A DNA stretch of 64,000 nucleotides from a virus (lineage: Duplodnaviria > Caudoviricetes): the IMG/VR virus record IMGVR_UViG_2864522212_000004, positions 64,001 to 128,000 of that record; one strand, written 5' to 3'. Position 1 is the first letter of the stretch. Each line of letters begins with the position of its first letter. The notes below the pieces were generated by a model. It was not told where the DNA came from. It saw only the letters and a list, made by a program, of their open reading frames with translations, and ran no database searches. This document shows, in pieces, positions 1 to 8,700 of this stretch. Made by a program: the position numbers and the translations under genes.

Positions 1-445
1 CCGGCATGTCCATGTAATCGGCGCCCAGCCGCCGTCGCCCCCATGCACGGGTGAGCCCGGCGTGCGTGGCCAGAATGTTCCCATCCGACCAAGCCAGTTG
101 GAATGGGATATTTTGCATCAGCTCATGCACCTTGCGATGGGCGCCGGGTTTGAAGCCGGGCGCCAGTGCGCGCACTCGCGCATAGGAGGAGGAGCCTTGC
201 TTCAGGAAGTACGGCACATCGTGGTTGCCGAGCAGTGGAATCACCTCACGTTCCCCGGCTTCGCGCCGATACCATGAGGTGAACGTCTCGAAGAACCGGA
301 TCAGTCCATTGTTGGACACGTTCCAGTCGTCGCATACATCGCCCAACAGGACCATACGGTCAGTGTTCTCGCGTTGCGCCACCCGGCTGATCAAAGGTAG
401 CAGGTCGGCTTTTGCATGCAGGTCGCCGACGAACAATGTACGCAT
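1..445 (-). CDS. Calcineurin-like metallophosphoesterase (runs off the window edge)
   Basis: Manual translation from ATG 445: MRTLFVGDLHAK...VLLGDVCD...LLGNHD...THAG, i.e. the DxH, GD, GNHD and HAG motifs. TGATG overlap with the upstream ORF. Absent from the ORF track because it is open at the edge. Confidence 0.85.
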   Translation of the reverse strand, partial: MRTLFVGDLHAKADLLPLISRVAQRENTDRMVLLGDVCDDWNVSNNGLIRFFETFTSWYRREAGEREVIPLLGNHDVPYFLKQGSSSYARVRALAPGFKPGAHRKVHELMQNIPFQLAWSDGNILATHAGLTRAWGRRRLGADYMDMP

Positions 446-1106
446 CAAATTGTCTCCCTTAGGGTGGGCAGGATGCCCATGTCCGGTGTGGTCAATGCGA
501 TTCGACCCTTGTTGACTATGAGAATGGCGGTGTGGATGCGACTCTCCCTGCCGTCCGTATACCAGGCGACATACTGTCCGCCTTCGGTGATGACCCGGAC
601 TGGCTGGTTCATGTCGTCCGCATTCAGGAGACGGACGACCGCACACCGTAACCATGTTCGATGGTTCGACGAACGGTTTCCATGGGAGTCCAGTCGTAGG
701 TCGCAAGCCGCCAGCCGACGAATGCGATCAGGGCGAGCAGGCAGATGACCGCCAATGCGGTTTGCCTTGCCAGCAGGGATACGATGACCAGGATGAGCAG
801 TCCGGCGGCTTGCAGTAGCTGGGGGAGTGCCGCATGGGCCAGCTCCTGCCATGTGGGTTTCGGAATGATGCAGAACGGCCTTCCGGCATGAGGCTGCCAG
901 GTCTCTTCGGCCTGCTGTGATGGGGTTTCTGCAACGGTTTTCGTGTCCTCATCCGTTTTTCTCGGTGCCGGTGATGTGCGGTGGCGTTTCCCTGCTGGTT
1001 TCACCGAGGGTGGTTGCTGGTTGAAGTCTTCGGTCTTCGCGTTCGGGCCGGCATGCGGGTTTGATTCCGCGAGCCTACGTTCCATTTCGTTGATGGCCTC
1101 TGCCAT
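445..1106 (-). pseudogene. Membrane protein, probably frameshifted near 630-645
   Basis: ORF 624..1106 has two TM helices and an RBS (AAGGAG). The protein-like C-terminus (LLNADDMNQPVRVITEGGQYVAWY...) lies in another frame and ends at 445, coupled to the next gene. Confidence 0.55.
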
Positions 1107-1120
1107 GTGCTATCTCTCCT

Positions 1121-2131
1121 TTACCGCTTGTCGCCCGGTGTCGTGTAGTCGTGTTCGCGTACCTGTCGTTCACGGTTGAAACAGTTATGCAGCAGGTTGA
1201 CGGTGCTGAAGTTCGCGGACTCGTCGTCGCGGACTGCTTGCAGGATGCGCTGCCGGTTGTCCCAGATCAGCTTGTCAGCCTGTTTCTCGGTGAGGCCTTC
1301 CAAGTCGCCGTCTTGGTTGAAGTGCACGTACTTGTGCTTGTCGGGGTCCCATCCACCGTACTTGCGGGCCTCTTTGATCTGTTCCTCGCTCATGTCTTCC
1401 AGATGCAGGTCGTGGGGGTTGATGGATGGGGCTATGCGCAGGTCGCCGATCGTGGATTCGCCCTTGTTCTGCTCGTCGTGGTTGATGGTCTGCCATGCGG
1501 CGGCCTTCAACGCGGTCATGTTCTCCTCGTCGGGTTTGAAGAAGATCTGGTCTCGGATGGCGGAATCCATCATGTCGTGGCGTTTCTCCTCCAGTTCAGT
1601 GTCGAGGTCGAAGTCGTCATCCCCGGATTTTTCGGCGAGATCGTCCACGAGGTCGTTGTCGGTGAAGCCCCAGTCGTCGCCGTGGATTTCGGTCAGTTGG
1701 CCGCTGTCTATGCGTTGGCTGAGGTCTTCGGTGGTGATGAAGTCCATCCTGTGGTTCACGTACCCGTCATGGTCGATGGACAGGGTGGTTTCCCCGTCTT
1801 CGTCGCCGTCGCTTTCCATTACGGAGTAGGCGTGCCAGCCGGACGGCACCTTGTTGCGGTCGATTCGCCCATCGTCCAAGGCGTAGCCGTTGATGGTGGA
1901 TCCGTCGGGCATGTCGAATTCGATATGGCGTGCCTCGTAGGGGTCGTCGAATGCGCCGGTGGCTGTGAGCAGCTGGTTGAAGTCAGGCTCCGTGTCGTCG
2001 GTGAGGAGGCTGGCCACCTGTTGGATTTTTGTGTCGGAGGGGAGGCTGTCCTGCTTGTCTTCGTCCGCGAATCGTCCGTCCGAGCTGCGGCGTCGTTGGC
2101 GGGCTTGGGCTGACTTGTTTTGGTTGGTCAT
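1121..2131 (-). CDS. Acidic protein with an LPD28-like (polyvalent-protein) domain and a shared N-terminal leader
   Basis: RIDRNKVPSGWHAYSVMESD...VNHRMDFIT resembles the LPD28 pattern; RBS AAGGAG; Box A promoter directly upstream. Confidence 0.7.
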   Translation of the reverse strand: MTNQNKSAQARQRRRSSDGRFADEDKQDSLPSDTKIQQVASLLTDDTEPDFNQLLTATGAFDDPYEARHIEFDMPDGSTINGYALDDGRIDRNKVPSGWHAYSVMESDGDEDGETTLSIDHDGYVNHRMDFITTEDLSQRIDSGQLTEIHGDDWGFTDNDLVDDLAEKSGDDDFDLDTELEEKRHDMMDSAIRDQIFFKPDEENMTALKAAAWQTINHDEQNKGESTIGDLRIAPSINPHDLHLEDMSEEQIKEARKYGGWDPDKHKYVHFNQDGDLEGLTEKQADKLIWDNRQRILQAVRDDESANFSTVNLLHNCFNRERQVREHDYTTPGDKR

Positions 2132-2145
2132 TGGAACTCTCCTTC

Positions 2146-2176
2146 TATGTGGACATATTCAGTATAACAGGCATAT
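2146..2176 (-). promoter_or_regulatory. Box A promoter/operator, copy 1
   Basis: Sense sequence ATATGCCTGTTATACTGAATATGTCCACATA: extended -10 (TGnTATACT) plus the TATGT-N2-ACATA palindrome. Confidence 0.75.
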
Positions 2177-2247
2177 TGTCGTTCGGAGACAATTCTAGGG
2201 GTCCGGCCTCCCGTTTTGGCGAGAAGCCGTGATGTCGCGAAATCGGC

Positions 2248-2277
2248 AATACCTGTTATACTGAATTAGTCCACATA
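2248..2277 (+). promoter_or_regulatory. Box A promoter/operator, copy 2 (divergent from copy 1)
   Basis: AATACCTGTTATACTGAATTAGTCCACATA. Confidence 0.7.
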
Positions 2278-2339
2278 AAATTTTCGTAGAAGGCACCAAT
2301 CATGCTCGGAAAACATCAAACAACAGGGCAGCGAGCCTG

Positions 2340-2477
2340 ATGGCAATCGACCCAGGAACCACGCTCATCCTCATCACGTGCCTCATCTGCACGATAGTGC
2401 TCGCCTTCGCCGGAAAAGAAACAGGCGACAAGACGGACACCAAACACGACAACGAACAACGAAAGCGCAAACGTTGA
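2340..2477 (+). CDS. Small single-TM protein (45 aa)
   Basis: Manual translation MAIDPGTTLILITCLICTIVLAFAGKETG...RKRKR; below the ORF-track length cutoff. Confidence 0.45.
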   Translation: MAIDPGTTLILITCLICTIVLAFAGKETGDKTDTKHDNEQRKRKR

Positions 2478-2570
2478 AAAATCACTCGACCGTACGCGGG
2501 ACGCCGGGGAATGGACACTCTCCTATATCGGACAGCCCGGACGCCGGCGGCATGTGAAAGGCGGACGACG

Positions 2571-2867
2571 ATGAGGCACGGCGCATCATCCCGACACATG
2601 GGGGAGCCCCGGCCGGCGGCGGGCGTGGAGCCGGGACTGCTGGCAGCCAGCCTCGCCATGGCGCTCCTGCTCATGGCGTTCGGCGCCCTCGCCACCCTGG
2701 GCGGCGCGCTCCTGCTGCGGCTCCTGTCCGGCATCCGCATCATGACCGCCATCTCGCAGGCCGCCGCCGCCACGTTTTTCATACTGCTCATGCCGGCCGG
2801 CGTCTGCCGGCTCATCGCACGCATACGCGGATGGGATCCGGACCCGGATCCCACGGAAAGGAACTGA
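2571..2867 (+). CDS. Hypothetical membrane protein
   Basis: Two hydrophobic segments; RBS-like GAAAGG upstream; part of a tightly packed operon. Confidence 0.55.
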   Translation: MRHGASSRHMGEPRPAAGVEPGLLAASLAMALLLMAFGALATLGGALLLRLLSGIRIMTAISQAAAATFFILLMPAGVCRLIARIRGWDPDPDPTERN

Positions 2868-2869
2868 TC

Positions 2870-3211
2870 ATGGCATTCGACTACATGCATCCGCCGGAGG
2901 ATTTCGAATATCTGGGCGAATGGTGCAAAGCGTGGCGGGATCCCGCGACGGGGGATTGGACGATAAGCCAATTGCTCGACGGCCTGGAGACCGAGCAGAT
3001 CATCCTGTCCGGCGAGGAGGTCAGGGAATTGGCCCGGCTCGCCGCCCAACACGATCCGACCGATTACGAGCTGGAGTACGGGGAGCTGCGCCGACCCATG
3101 TTCGGCTCGCCGGACGAGAACGGGACGGCCGTCAACGCCGCGGAGGGCGCGGGCGGCGAACAGGCCCGCATCCATTCGGTCGAAGCCCTGCACCGGTTGG
3201 GGCGGTTCTGA
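2870..3211 (+). CDS. Hypothetical protein
   Basis: RBS AAAGGA, ATG 2870 (MAFDYMHPPE...), TGATG coupling to the next gene. Confidence 0.65.
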   Translation: MAFDYMHPPEDFEYLGEWCKAWRDPATGDWTISQLLDGLETEQIILSGEEVRELARLAAQHDPTDYELEYGELRRPMFGSPDENGTAVNAAEGAGGEQARIHSVEALHRLGRF

Positions 3212-3528
3212 TGGACGGGTACTGGTGGGGCGTGCTCACCCCGTTCGCGATCATACTGGGAATCCTGCTCCTGTATCTGACGGGCAATCTGTTCGGTGCA
3301 ATCGTCAGCTGGGCGTGGAAACGGGCGCATTACGGGCTGCTGAAGAAGGGGTGGATCGCCGAGGACTACGACGAGGATTCAAGGGAATGGACCACCCGCA
3401 CCGGCGCGGAACGCCTGGCGGCCGCGTTGACCCGGTCCGGCGAATACCGGATGCTCCCGTGCTTCGGCTGGATGATCTTCATCGTCCGCGACTACAAGAA
3501 TGAGAAACATGATGAGAAAAGGAATTGA
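3211..3528 (+). CDS. Hypothetical membrane protein
   Basis: MDGYWWGVLTPFAIILGILLLYL...; translationally coupled. Confidence 0.65.
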   Translation: MDGYWWGVLTPFAIILGILLLYLTGNLFGAIVSWAWKRAHYGLLKKGWIAEDYDEDSREWTTRTGAERLAAALTRSGEYRMLPCFGWMIFIVRDYKNEKHDEKRN

Positions 3529-4270
3529 TCCGCCCCATATCGTCGCGTTGACGATAGTCGTCTGCGCTGCCATCGTCCCCGCGTTCATGCTGTGGGGTCG
3601 GACGATCGGGGAATGGGCTGTCGGAATCGCCGTTTATACGCTGATTGCGGCAGTAGTGCTATCGCTGCTCGTCCTCGATTTTGTTATCGTCAGATATGAT
3701 GTCATGGCATTGCTGATACAAGCTCTGTCCGGTTCGGAAATCGTCGGTTCGGTATCGCGCCTGCTGTTTGTACTGGGCCAGATATGGGTCATCATCCTGC
3801 TCATACGGATTCCCCCATCGTTCTGGGAAAAGCGTTTGGCGGTATTGCCTTTCCAAGCGGATCCGGATAATTCCGCACTCGCGCTCTGCATTGGTTTAGC
3901 CTCAGGCGTTTTTCTTCTTGTCATAGTTGCGCGTTGGATGCCTGAAGACCTTCCGGGGGTCCCGGAATTCTGGAATGCGCAGGTTTGTATGGATTCGATT
4001 TTCGGGGTCGGTCTTCCATGGTCCAAGCCGGTCATATTCACCGTGTCTTCGAAAGGCTACACGATTATACGTCGGAATGGGATGCTGAAGCTGAACGAGC
4101 AGGCCGACGAGTTCTTGGACTATTGCCCAACATGGGTTTCGATTCGCAACGACCATCATCGGGGACTGCTCCTGATCGAACGGTACCACCCGGGCATGCA
4201 GGACATTGTCAACAGGTTGGATCGAGAGGCCGGTATCCGGCATCCGGCGGATAAGGAGACAGAAAATTGA
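3509..4270 (+). CDS. Polytopic membrane protein (4-5 TM), lower GC
   Basis: ORF 3500..4270 with several hydrophobic helices; start codon uncertain. Confidence 0.65.
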   Translation: MMRKGIDPPHIVALTIVVCAAIVPAFMLWGRTIGEWAVGIAVYTLIAAVVLSLLVLDFVIVRYDVMALLIQALSGSEIVGSVSRLLFVLGQIWVIILLIRIPPSFWEKRLAVLPFQADPDNSALALCIGLASGVFLLVIVARWMPEDLPGVPEFWNAQVCMDSIFGVGLPWSKPVIFTVSSKGYTIIRRNGMLKLNEQADEFLDYCPTWVSIRNDHHRGLLLIERYHPGMQDIVNRLDREAGIRHPADKETEN

Positions 4271-4509
4271 ACGAGGAGGAATACGAAGAGCTGGCACGCT
4301 GGCTGCCATGCCACCCCGGCCGATGGGTCGCATGGCCGGAACCGTTCGGAACCCGGGCCGAGGCCGACGCGTTGTTCGAATCGTTGCGCGACGGCGGGCT
4401 TGAATCATTCAAGGTCGATTCGGCCGCGCTCCGCTGGCGGATAGACGAGTTCAAATCGATTGTGGACGGGCGCGGGCTTATCTGGATGGAGGTGAGCTGC
4501 GCATGGTGA
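4267..4509 (+). CDS. Hypothetical protein
   Basis: TTG start overlapping the previous stop; RBS AAGGAG. Confidence 0.6.
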   Translation: MNEEEYEELARWLPCHPGRWVAWPEPFGTRAEADALFESLRDGGLESFKVDSAALRWRIDEFKSIVDGRGLIWMEVSCAW

Positions 4510-4852
4510 AAAGCCTCACAATCGGATTGGTCGATGATGGCGTTGCGACATGGAACCCGGTTTCCGATGGGAACCTACTGGTGACGGGTGGCGCGGGATG
4601 CGGCAAGACCTGGTGGCTGACACACACCCTGATACCTGATCTCAACGAAATGGGGCAACGGGTCTATATGTTTGACGGGTATGTGGATCGAGGTTATACC
4701 AAGCCCGTGCAAGGTGTGATTCCGGTGAACGATCCCACGTCCATCTTGGAAGAACCGGATTCCTTTCTGATTATCGACCATGTGAATCCGGGTCTTACGA
4801 CTAGTCACTTAAAGTATAGTATTCTGTGGTATTCTGTGTTATACTGGATGTC

Positions 4853-5440
4853 ATGAAACTATCCGAGTATGCGAAGCGTCACGACATCCAGTATCGTGCC
4901 GCGTGGAACCGTTACAAGGCAGGGCGGATTCCGGGCGCATACCAGGATGAGATGGGTGCGATCATCGTGCCCGACGATACGAAGGCCTCGGAGAGGGATG
5001 CCGTCATTTACGCGCGCGTGTCCGACCCGTCGAAACGCAAGACCCAATTGCCTGCCCAGCAGAAGCGCATGGAGGATTGGGCTGTCGCCAACGGGTACCG
5101 GGTCGTGGCCTCCGTGGCTGAGGTCGGGTCCGGCGTGAACGACAAGAGGCGCAAGCTAACCGCCCTGTTGAAGCGTGACGACTGGGGAACCCTGATCGTC
5201 GAACACAAGGACCGGCTGACTCGGTTCGGGTTCGAATGGTTCCGCCTGTTCGCCGAACAGACCGGCCGGCGCATCCTCGTGGTCAACGAAGCTGCGGATG
5301 ACCGGACGGACCTGATACAGGACCTCGTATCGATCATCTACTCGTTTTCCGCCCGCCTGTACGGGCGACGTCGTGCGGAGCGGGCCCAACGGATAGTCCG
5401 ACTGTTGGAGGAGGGAGGGTCTGATGGCGAGCAAGACTAG
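4853..5440 (+). CDS. tnpA: IS607 transposase (N-terminal HTH + serine recombinase)
   Basis: MKLSEYAK HTH; YARVS catalytic motif; EVGSG; EHKDRLTRFGF; FSARLYG. Confidence 0.95.
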   Translation: MKLSEYAKRHDIQYRAAWNRYKAGRIPGAYQDEMGAIIVPDDTKASERDAVIYARVSDPSKRKTQLPAQQKRMEDWAVANGYRVVASVAEVGSGVNDKRRKLTALLKRDDWGTLIVEHKDRLTRFGFEWFRLFAEQTGRRILVVNEAADDRTDLIQDLVSIIYSFSARLYGRRRAERAQRIVRLLEEGGSDGEQD

Positions 5441-6860
5441 CATGGCCTACCACGCGTATCAGGCGAAATCCCCCATGAACCAAGGCAAGGTTGAAGCCTT
5501 GCGTGCCCTGCTTCCCGTATGGCGGGCCGGACTCACGTTGGCGATGTCCTGTTGGACGCGCCCGTTCGTCCAATCCGGCGTCCTGCCGCGTTGGATCGAC
5601 TCCAAAGGCTTCCCTGACATGCTATCGCAACGCCAGTGGGATTCCGTGGACCGTCAGGCGCGCGCCGCATTGGACTCATGGATCGCGTTACGTGAGGACG
5701 AGTTCAGGAAGACCGTCAACGGCTCCACCCTCAGCCCCGATTTGAAGCATGCGCTACACCGGATCAACCTGCGTCACGCATGGTGGGAGTCCGTCGCCGA
5801 TGACGCGCACAAGATGGCGCGGCGCATCATCAAACATCTGCGCGAACGAGTCCCCTTCCCGGATATGAGGCGCTGCCGGACCATGAGCATGGACGGCAAG
5901 ATCGCACGCGTCGGAACCCCCGTGAACGCGTTTCACTTCCAATACTGGGCCGTCGTGTCCACCCTGGACAAGGGGCACCCCGTCCGCATCCCGCTGACCG
6001 TCGACCCCCGCATGAACGAGAACACCCTCCACGGCGACGAACAGGCGGCCAACCACCTGCAGGCCCGAATCAACAGGGACGGTTCGATCGACCTGCACCT
6101 GATGACCGTCAAAGCGAAAGCCCGTAAGCGTTCGTCCGGCATGGTCATCGGCATGGACTGGGGGTTGAAGAGCCTGTTCGCCACCAGCCAGGGACAACTG
6201 CACGGGCTCAAACTCTACACGTGGCTTCAGCAACGCGACAAGGAACTCACCGCCCTGACGCGTGCCCTGGCGAAAAGCGGGATACGCTACAGGCAGTCAC
6301 GCCGCTACCGCAACCTCAACAAGCGTATCCGCGACTACACACGCAACGAGGTCAACCGGATTCTTAACCTCCTCTCCCGGCAGGAGATCCGCGAGATCGT
6401 CGTCGAGGAACTCGACTTCCGCAACGGCGGCCTATCAAAGAAGATGAACAGGATCATCAGCCGGGCCGGACGAAACGCCGTCAAAGCCAAGCTCAAGGAC
6501 CTGGAGGACAACAAGGGGATCACCGTCACCAAGGTCAACCCCGCGTACACCAGCCAGGAATGCCCCAGCTGCGGCTACGTGAACCCACGCAACCGGCCAA
6601 CGCAGGAACACTTCCGCTGCACATGCTGCGGATACCGGTCACAAGCCGACATCAACGCCAGCCACAACATACTCGCGAGACGTTCCCGCGAGGACGGATG
6701 GCGTCGGATCGGCCGCAGACAGATCCTCGCCATGCTCCTACGGGAACACGACGAACGATTCCACCCCACCGGTGGACACGCCGCGAAGAGTGCGGCTACC
6801 CCACGGGTCGTATCCACGACACCGAGGGTCAAGGTTACCAGCGGTAGAAAATACCACTAG
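5424..6860 (+). CDS. tnpB: TnpB RNA-guided endonuclease
   Basis: RuvC-I GMDWG, RuvC-II VEEL, zinc finger CPSC/CTCC, RuvC-III ADINAS. Confidence 0.92.
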   Translation: MASKTSMAYHAYQAKSPMNQGKVEALRALLPVWRAGLTLAMSCWTRPFVQSGVLPRWIDSKGFPDMLSQRQWDSVDRQARAALDSWIALREDEFRKTVNGSTLSPDLKHALHRINLRHAWWESVADDAHKMARRIIKHLRERVPFPDMRRCRTMSMDGKIARVGTPVNAFHFQYWAVVSTLDKGHPVRIPLTVDPRMNENTLHGDEQAANHLQARINRDGSIDLHLMTVKAKARKRSSGMVIGMDWGLKSLFATSQGQLHGLKLYTWLQQRDKELTALTRALAKSGIRYRQSRRYRNLNKRIRDYTRNEVNRILNLLSRQEIREIVVEELDFRNGGLSKKMNRIISRAGRNAVKAKLKDLEDNKGITVTKVNPAYTSQECPSCGYVNPRNRPTQEHFRCTCCGYRSQADINASHNILARRSREDGWRRIGRRQILAMLLREHDERFHPTGGHAAKSAATPRVVSTTPRVKVTSGRKYH

Positions 6861-7113
6861 AAACCACACTCTTGAAGACGATTCAGCTTTGATGGAGACG
6901 GTAAGGGAGAGTGACGCCCGTATCCCGATTATCCTGTCCGTCCAACTGGTTCCAGACCGGGAGCAATGGTCCGCATGGGCAGAACTGGACATAATGGTTC
7001 CTTCACTACGTCCGAGTGCGGTGCCGCATACAACGGCAAGCCGTTCAGTCGTACGTTCACCGCAGAACAGGCGAAGCAACTGCAATTCATCCACTACTAG
7101 AAAGGACATTCCA

Positions 7114-7650
7114 TTGAAGGATGAGAAACTTGAAACGGTCGCCAAAGAGGTGTTCCTGAGCATTCCACCCGACGTCAGGACGGGCGTGTTCATCGACGTT
7201 TTCACGCCATGCGACTGGCATCACGCCGCCCGCTGCATGGTCGATTACGCGGGGATTCTAGACGACCCGCGCGAACCGTTCGCCCCCGCCTGCGACATGC
7301 CGGTCATCTGCACGACCACGGTCACGGAAAAGACCGTCGTCTCGGACGTGCGCCCGCTGGTCGGACTGCCGGACGACGCCTACGACGACATCGTGGCCGG
7401 CGAAATGGACTACGTTGGCGTGCGCAGCGGAACGGACGAACCCGTGTACGTCGAGGGAATCCGGCCAGACGACGTCGAACAGGCATACGACGAATACCTC
7501 GATATGATGACCGACATCATGTCCGGGTCGGGGAGGGCCGTGCTGCAGGACGCCCTGGAGGCCGCCCAGTGGCTGGCATACCGGCTTTCCGACCTGACCC
7601 AGCGGCATCTCGTCTTGGAAAGGAGCCGGACTTGGAAACTCGCGGAGTAG
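7114..7650 (+). CDS. Hypothetical acidic protein
   Basis: RBS AAAGGA, TTG start (MKDEKLETVAKEVF...). Confidence 0.6.
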   Translation: MKDEKLETVAKEVFLSIPPDVRTGVFIDVFTPCDWHHAARCMVDYAGILDDPREPFAPACDMPVICTTTVTEKTVVSDVRPLVGLPDDAYDDIVAGEMDYVGVRSGTDEPVYVEGIRPDDVEQAYDEYLDMMTDIMSGSGRAVLQDALEAAQWLAYRLSDLTQRHLVLERSRTWKLAE

Positions 7651-7949
7651 GAGTCAGGTTCTCCTCCCCCGCGCATGAGAACCACTACTGGTGGACGATA
7701 CTCGAATGCGACGAACGGTACGTGGTGTGCGTACGCGAACGTCTCGCCTTGCCGGACGGCTTGCTCGCGTACACGGTGGCCGACCGGCGGAACGGAACAC
7801 GCGGCCACGTTAAGGACGAACGTTCGGGCGTCAAGGGCGCGTGCCGTCCATCCGACGCGGCATGGCTGCTGGAACAGGCGAAAGCGCAGGGGATTACCGA
7901 CACCAAGCCACTGCATGTGGCCGAATACAGACAGGAGAACGACAAGTGA
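7632..7949 (+). CDS. Hypothetical protein
   Basis: RBS AAGGAG then TTG (METRGVGVRF...), in the frame of ORF 7209..7949. Confidence 0.55.
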   Translation: METRGVGVRFSSPAHENHYWWTILECDERYVVCVRERLALPDGLLAYTVADRRNGTRGHVKDERSGVKGACRPSDAAWLLEQAKAQGITDTKPLHVAEYRQENDK

Positions 7950-8073
7950 CCAGATTCGACCAGACGGGTGTAACACTCACCAAGCATCAGAACAACGCCG
8001 CGCTCGGCGTGAACATCCTCCCCGACGCCATCGGTCAGCGAAACCAGCACGAACTGCATTGGAGGTTCAGCTG

Positions 8074-8658
8074 ATGGAGCTTGTCGAATACGCTCAGGCG
8101 GTGGACCATTCGCGGATGCCATTGCTGTTGAGGGTCCTGAATGCTCTCGGTTGGTATGCCTTCCTCGCGGACATTCCGCTCATGGCGTATGCCTATTGCC
8201 TGGTGATGGCACGGAACGGCTTTCCTAATCTCACGATGGACGAGGTCAGGCTCGTCGGCGCATCGGTGCTGCTGCCGTTCGTCGCCCTCGCGCTCATGTC
8301 CCCGGCCGAGAACTGGAACCCCCGAGGCCCGAAGCCGAAGACCATGGACGAGTATGTGGGCGACGTGTGGAATCTCGATGGTCTCGCGATCGCCGAACCC
8401 GGATATATGGACCCGTTGTCCGGTTTCCCCCGAATCAAAGGATCCTACCGGGTTTCATGGAAGCGGAACGGGCGGCGCGTCGAAGGCACGCTGGACATCG
8501 ACGGGGCAAACGTCGAACTACGCGATAACCAAGGGATGATTGTTTCCCCGGTGAATCCAGGGACACCGGTGTCAACGACCGCAATGACGAGCATTGCGGC
8601 TTGTCCCTGTCCGGTAGTGCCAGTGAACGGCTGTAACCGTTCTCCTACCTTTAATTGA
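8074..8658 (+). CDS. Membrane protein whose C-terminus is replaced by the tnpB element at 8571
   Basis: RBS GGAGG, two TM helices; the native end is probably ...TPVWKPGAKHSKG* beyond 9963. Confidence 0.65.
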   Translation: MELVEYAQAVDHSRMPLLLRVLNALGWYAFLADIPLMAYAYCLVMARNGFPNLTMDEVRLVGASVLLPFVALALMSPAENWNPRGPKPKTMDEYVGDVWNLDGLAIAEPGYMDPLSGFPRIKGSYRVSWKRNGRRVEGTLDIDGANVELRDNQGMIVSPVNPGTPVSTTAMTSIAACPCPVVPVNGCNRSPTFN

Positions 8659-8700
8659 CGGAACATCATAGGGTGGTTGACTGCACCCTTACGCCGTCAG
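8571..8700 (-). ncRNA. Predicted omega/reRNA scaffold of the TnpB (3' end of tnpB to the right end)
   Basis: Position between the tnpB 3' end and the right end, with several hairpins; established TnpB architecture. 5' boundary unknown. Confidence 0.55.

Larger units (their letters stand above)
4797..6873 (+). mobile_element. IS607-family insertion sequence (tnpA serine recombinase + tnpB)
   Basis: TCTT at both junctions (4793-4796, 6870-6873); tandem GTATTCTGTG repeats at the left end (4819-4838); no terminal inverted repeats. Confidence 0.9.
4503..7100 (+). pseudogene. P-loop NTPase-like gene interrupted by the IS607
   Basis: Walker A GGAGCGKT and FLIIDH in the 5' part. Removing 4797..6873 gives the in-frame join HVNPG-LEDDSALMET. 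The 3' end is uncertain. Confidence 0.7.

Noticed and set aside
4836-4850. TGTTATACTGG as a seventh Box A
   Set aside because: Only the extended -10 matches and the downstream palindrome is absent; it is the IS's own promoter.
4797-6873. IS607 as an IStron (group I intron fusion)
   Set aside because: Only 56 bp separate the left end from tnpA, leaving no room for a ribozyme core.
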